Origin: Paraspadella gotoi
Taxonomy: Eukaryota > Animalia > Chaetognatha
DNA length: 64,000 nt
Assembly (NCBI GenBank): GCA_051294375.1
Contig: CM119268.1
Span: 9,731,216 to 9,795,215, forward strand
Reading direction: 5' to 3'
How positions within the stretch are numbered: position 1 is the stretch's first letter; the number at the start of each line of letters is the position of its first letter. Below are positions 60,138 to 64,000 of this stretch, in pieces. Position numbers and translations under genes: made by a program. Below the pieces are notes generated by a model. The model searched no databases and was not told where the DNA came from. It saw nothing but the letters and a program-made list of their open reading frames with translations.

Positions 60138-63100
60138 CTTCACTTCATCTTCCTCCATCTCCCGCGTTGTAACTTTATCCTGGAGGAGTCTAGTTAATTG
60201 CTTAAAGAATCCGTAGTCACGCCTTCTTACTCTCTCTCTCTTCTCTCTCTCTGCTCTGCTCTCTCTCTCTCTCGTCTCTCGTACCTCTCTCTCTCTCTCT
60301 CTTCTCTCTGTTTTCCCTCTCTCCCCATTTTATTCCAATTTATTTCGTATCTTTCTTTCACGCCGCAGAAGCGGTTGTTAAGACAGTGAGAGCAGTGAGA
60401 GCAGGTGACGAGCAGGTGAAGAAGCATGAAATATCACCTTCATCATCATCGATCATCATCATCATCATCACCATCATCACCATCATCATCATCATCAACA
60501 ACAACAACGTCTCACCTCTGACAATCCATTTCGACTCTGTCTCCCTCGTTTCTTTTCAAATCAGCGTCGTTTTTCCCCCGGCGAAGATTTTCTTCGATTC
60601 GTTTTCTCAAATCTAATTATATCATGATTTTTCTTAAAATTTTATTTGACACAAACTTATATTGTATTATACTTATATACTTAGTATATTATATTATAAG
60701 AGTGATGGAGGCCTTAAACCAACAAAGGCTGTCCAAAGTCAGGGCAAGATAACTTATCTATTGAATGAATGGTTAATTTTTATATTGGTTGTACCAATTT
60801 CATTACCAAGTAGTGTGCATTGTGCAATGTGTGCAATGTGTGCAATGTGCTCTCCCTCTTTTGCTCACTTCTTTACTCATTCCACCCCATTACATCCCTC
60901 ACAACTCTCCGTATATAAATCCACGTTGCTTAATTTTAACCTGGTGGTATCTCAGGCACTTGATCGCATTCGTTGTGGCAGGTTCTGTTGGATTCTTGGC
61001 TTTCGCCCGCGCAATTCTCTCCTTTAAAAAATGAACGCAAAAGAACGGAGCTAAATGAATTAAGTGCTTCCACAATATGTCGCCTCTCCTTTAATACTGC
61101 ACCTTTCTGTTAAGTAAGACTGACAGACTGACTCCATTCTTTCAAAAAAAATTCACTTAGTCCCCGCTTTAAATAAAAAAAAAGTGACGTTGGCCTTACT
61201 CTCTCTCTCTCTCTGTCTCTCTCTTCATCTCATTCTTTCTCAATTTAACCTCGGTCAGCCGTTCAACCGAGCTCGTTGCTTCGAGCTTAAGTTACGGTTA
61301 TTCGCTCTCGGTCCTTAACGTTTCCTCTCTCTCTCTCACAAGCCATCAACTCTGGCTCCCGATCGTTTCCCGCTTAACATGTTCCATATCAAATTATCCT
61401 TTTCCACGGCAAATATGATAATGTGCTTAGCGCATGTCAAGTTCTCTGGTAAACTGAGATTTCTAGATTTAAAATAATGTTTTTTTTATTAATAAAGTAA
61501 ATTTTAATAAGGAATTTTTTGGAATACCTTATTTTGTTGAAAATTGCAAAACTGAAAAATTTAAAAATTGCAAAATTATTTGTTTCACTATTTGGAGTTT
61601 TTAAAATTTTAAAATATTCATTAAAATTAAAAATTCCATAATTTTTATTATTATTATTTTTTTATTAATTATAGTTTTTTGATAATCTAAATCTGAAAAC
61701 ATTATATTATTAATGGGAGAGGGTTGTTAGTGTTAGATCCATTTTTCTTCTCAATTCACCAAGGCTGTTATATTTTTAAACATTCAAAATCGTTGTCGAC
61801 CTCACGCCACACTATATTATACATACAATACACTTGAATTTTATAATTAATTTCCTACTCCTCTGAATTTCTCTAAACCTATTATAATTAGAATTTCCGC
61901 TAACGATTGGACTTTGCCAACCAGCGAAGTCTTAGTGACCATCACATCTGGTCTGAACCGCCAACCGCCATCTCGAGCGGAGACGAGAGACGTATGTTGT
62001 TTTTTTCTCCCTTCCTGACGTTGATCGCGATTCACGTCGTCGGGTCGCGGCGACCGAGAGAAAATAAACCGTATTTTATGAAATCCCAATCACTGCTCTC
62101 GTAATCCTCGTCGATTAGCTCACCCTGACTTACCCCACTCACCTCGCCCACCCCGTCCCCAGTCCCTCGACTTTCCCCCTGGGCCAAACATATTACCGCA
62201 TCGTTTTCTCATTTTCATCACCTTTTTCGCTCTTTCCCCATCTCCATCTATTCCCAACTATCCCATTTTTCCCATCCCCACTATCCCCATCCCCATCTAT
62301 CCCCATCTTTCCCCATCCCCATCTTTCCCGATCCCCATCTATCCCATCTTTCTCCATCCCCATCTTTCCCAATCCCCATCTATCCCCATCTTTCTCCATC
62401 CCCATCTTTCTCCATCCCATCTTTCCCATCCCCATCTATCCCCATCCCAACTTTCCCCATCCCCATCTATCCCCATCTTTCCCCATCCCGATACATCGAA
62501 CCGGCCCAGCCGGATCCCCCTAACCCTCTCCCGATGAACAACACTCCGTAGTTCATTCTTATCCTCCGCCCTTCCCTCCCACGTCCCTCGTTTTTCCTGA
62601 TTAAATCCGGCCGAAGGAGGCTTTGGTTTCGAGACGCGATCCTATTGGTCGTCGTTGTTCGAATGCTATCTATTGATTGGCTCTCCCCCCCCCCCAACCG
62701 CCGAGCGTTTATGGGCGGAAAATCGATGGTGTTTGCTTAAGCAGCCGGAAGGTAAGGCAAGCTCGTGGTTCTTTTTTTTGTTTTTTTGTATTTCATTGGT
62801 TTTTTTATTTGTCGAAGTAGCCAGTAGTAGCCTTTTTTGGGGCGCTCTTGTAGGCGTTAATCGTACAATAACAACCTACTGGTGTACTCTTTTCATTATG
62901 TAAAATTTACAGTATATAAGTCATGCTTTTTTTTTTAAACAATCTCGCAACAAAAATCAACTATCCAATGATTCATAGCTGATTATTATTAAATTCTTAA
63001 AAAATGTTTCCAACTGTCGTCGCTTTTTTCCCCTCTTTTGTAACGTATGCCATCTTCCTCTTATTTTACCTCCGTCTTCAGGCTCCGGGCACTGGCATTC

Positions 63101-63536
63101 TCTTCCCCTCGTCGCCACTTCCCCGCATTGGGGGCATTGCCAGCCCGACCACTGGCACCAATCCCCGGGAACTGGGCAAGGAACGCCCCCTGCGTAACAC
63201 GGCGTGGAATCGTAATCGATTCGGGGTCCTGGGGGCAATTGGGGATTATTTTGTTTCGTCTGCGAATGAGGTTTTTGGACGGAGATTTGAAAAGTCGGCT
63301 TTCTCCTTCCACTTCATTGTTGCGCATTGCATTGTGCAATGTCCACGATGTGAAGGATGCGTTTGCGTTTTGTGTACCTTTTTATTTTCTCCGTTACGCC
63401 GGCAGTGGCCGAATTTTGAAATCATAATTCACGATCTTTCACACTCACAACTTTTGGCACGATCGTTTCCCCTCGACCTTCGCAAGGCTTCCCGTCCATC
63501 AATGGCGAAGGATTATCGCAAGATCGAACTCGATAT
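56605..63536 (-). CDS. Type I membrane protein TSP1-TSP1-Ig-Ig-TM with short tail, antisense within a RyR intron (5' end outside the window)
   Basis: Ten phase-consistent GT-AG exons: 63478-63536, 63070-63228, 60941-61021, 60516-60612, 59735-59828, 58949-59104, 58481-58609, 57854-57947, 57173-57307 and 56605-56738. TSP1 motifs RVRSCDNPSP..DGKPCEG and GDWCQWSGWQC....RGRECQCPEPEDGGENCAG. Ig motifs EGDRVEMDC/IVW/LRIDGVHLDDAGIFVC and AGEDVELPC/IW/LKLEAIRRMDAGVWEC. Confidence 0.85.
59471..59545 (+). mobile_element. HINE-like element terminus
   Basis: (CCGA)n...TTATA followed by imperfect hairpin TAGTTGCACCGTGA...TCGCGGCGCAACTA (59502-59540) and AA, the same design as 4927-4996. Confidence 0.45.
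62235..62490. repeat. Degenerate (CCCCAT / CCCCATCTWT)n C-rich tandem repeat
   Basis: Many copies of CCCCATC with TAT/TTT spacers. The minus strand is rich in G-tracts. Confidence 0.9.
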
Positions 63537-64000
63537 CTGTAAAAAAAATATATTATCAACAGATTTAATATAATTTTTGTATATTAATTTGATATTAAGA
63601 CCTTCGAGAATTATATTTTTAGAAATATAATTAACACTGGGAGAAAACGAAGAAAAAAATCATTTTGGCCAAACGTGACCGGCGCCTTCCCCATAAAATG
63701 AAATTATATAGTCGGGCGGCAAGAGGCAAATAAGCACATGGATGTCTGAATTTTAAGTGAACAAAAAAAAGCTCAACCGGTAGAAATTGAAAATAAAAAA
63801 CGATCGAATAAAGTTCAGTAAAACGATTTGCCTGAGAGAATCACCGATCGTTGATGATCGACCCAAATAAAAAGAAATCTTTTTAAGCGGAAGAAGAATA
63901 GACTTCATCTCTCACGTTTTGGGTTATCAGTCGCGGTCTATCACCGTTTATCACTTTCTCTCACGCGTCGCTCTTTTTCTATTAAGTCTACAATCAGCCT

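Noticed and set aside
62515-62535. CCTAACCCT as a possible telomerase RNA template
   Set aside because: No adjacent pseudoknot or H/ACA features were evident, and a match this short is expected by chance in a C-rich tract.

Overview
AT-rich metazoan (invertebrate) nuclear DNA with GC/CpG-rich exons, GT-AG introns and abundant microsatellites. Most entries in the ORF track are exon fragments or noise, so I rebuilt genes by splicing. Left to right: a gamma-glutamylamine cyclotransferase (+), an RZ-class RGS gene with a cysteine string (+, containing a MITE and a 2.1 kb foldback transposon in its introns), an intronless 1516-aa ABCC10/MRP7-like transporter (+), then seven consecutive minus-strand genes (Rac1, unknown, MS4A/CD20-like 4TM, maelstrom, SYNJ2BP-like PDZ tail-anchored protein, large unknown protein, SLC16/MCT-like MFS transporter). 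The window ends with the first six coding exons of a ryanodine receptor (+), whose following intron holds an antisense TSP1-TSP1-Ig-Ig-TM gene. Best leads: (1) Rac1 has two tandem-duplicated C-terminal exons arranged like KRAS 4A/4B, giving alternative polybasic/CAAX tails; (2) the nested Ig/TSP1 receptor has a lysine in its predicted transmembrane helix and a short tail. No database searches were run, so names rest on recalled family motifs.
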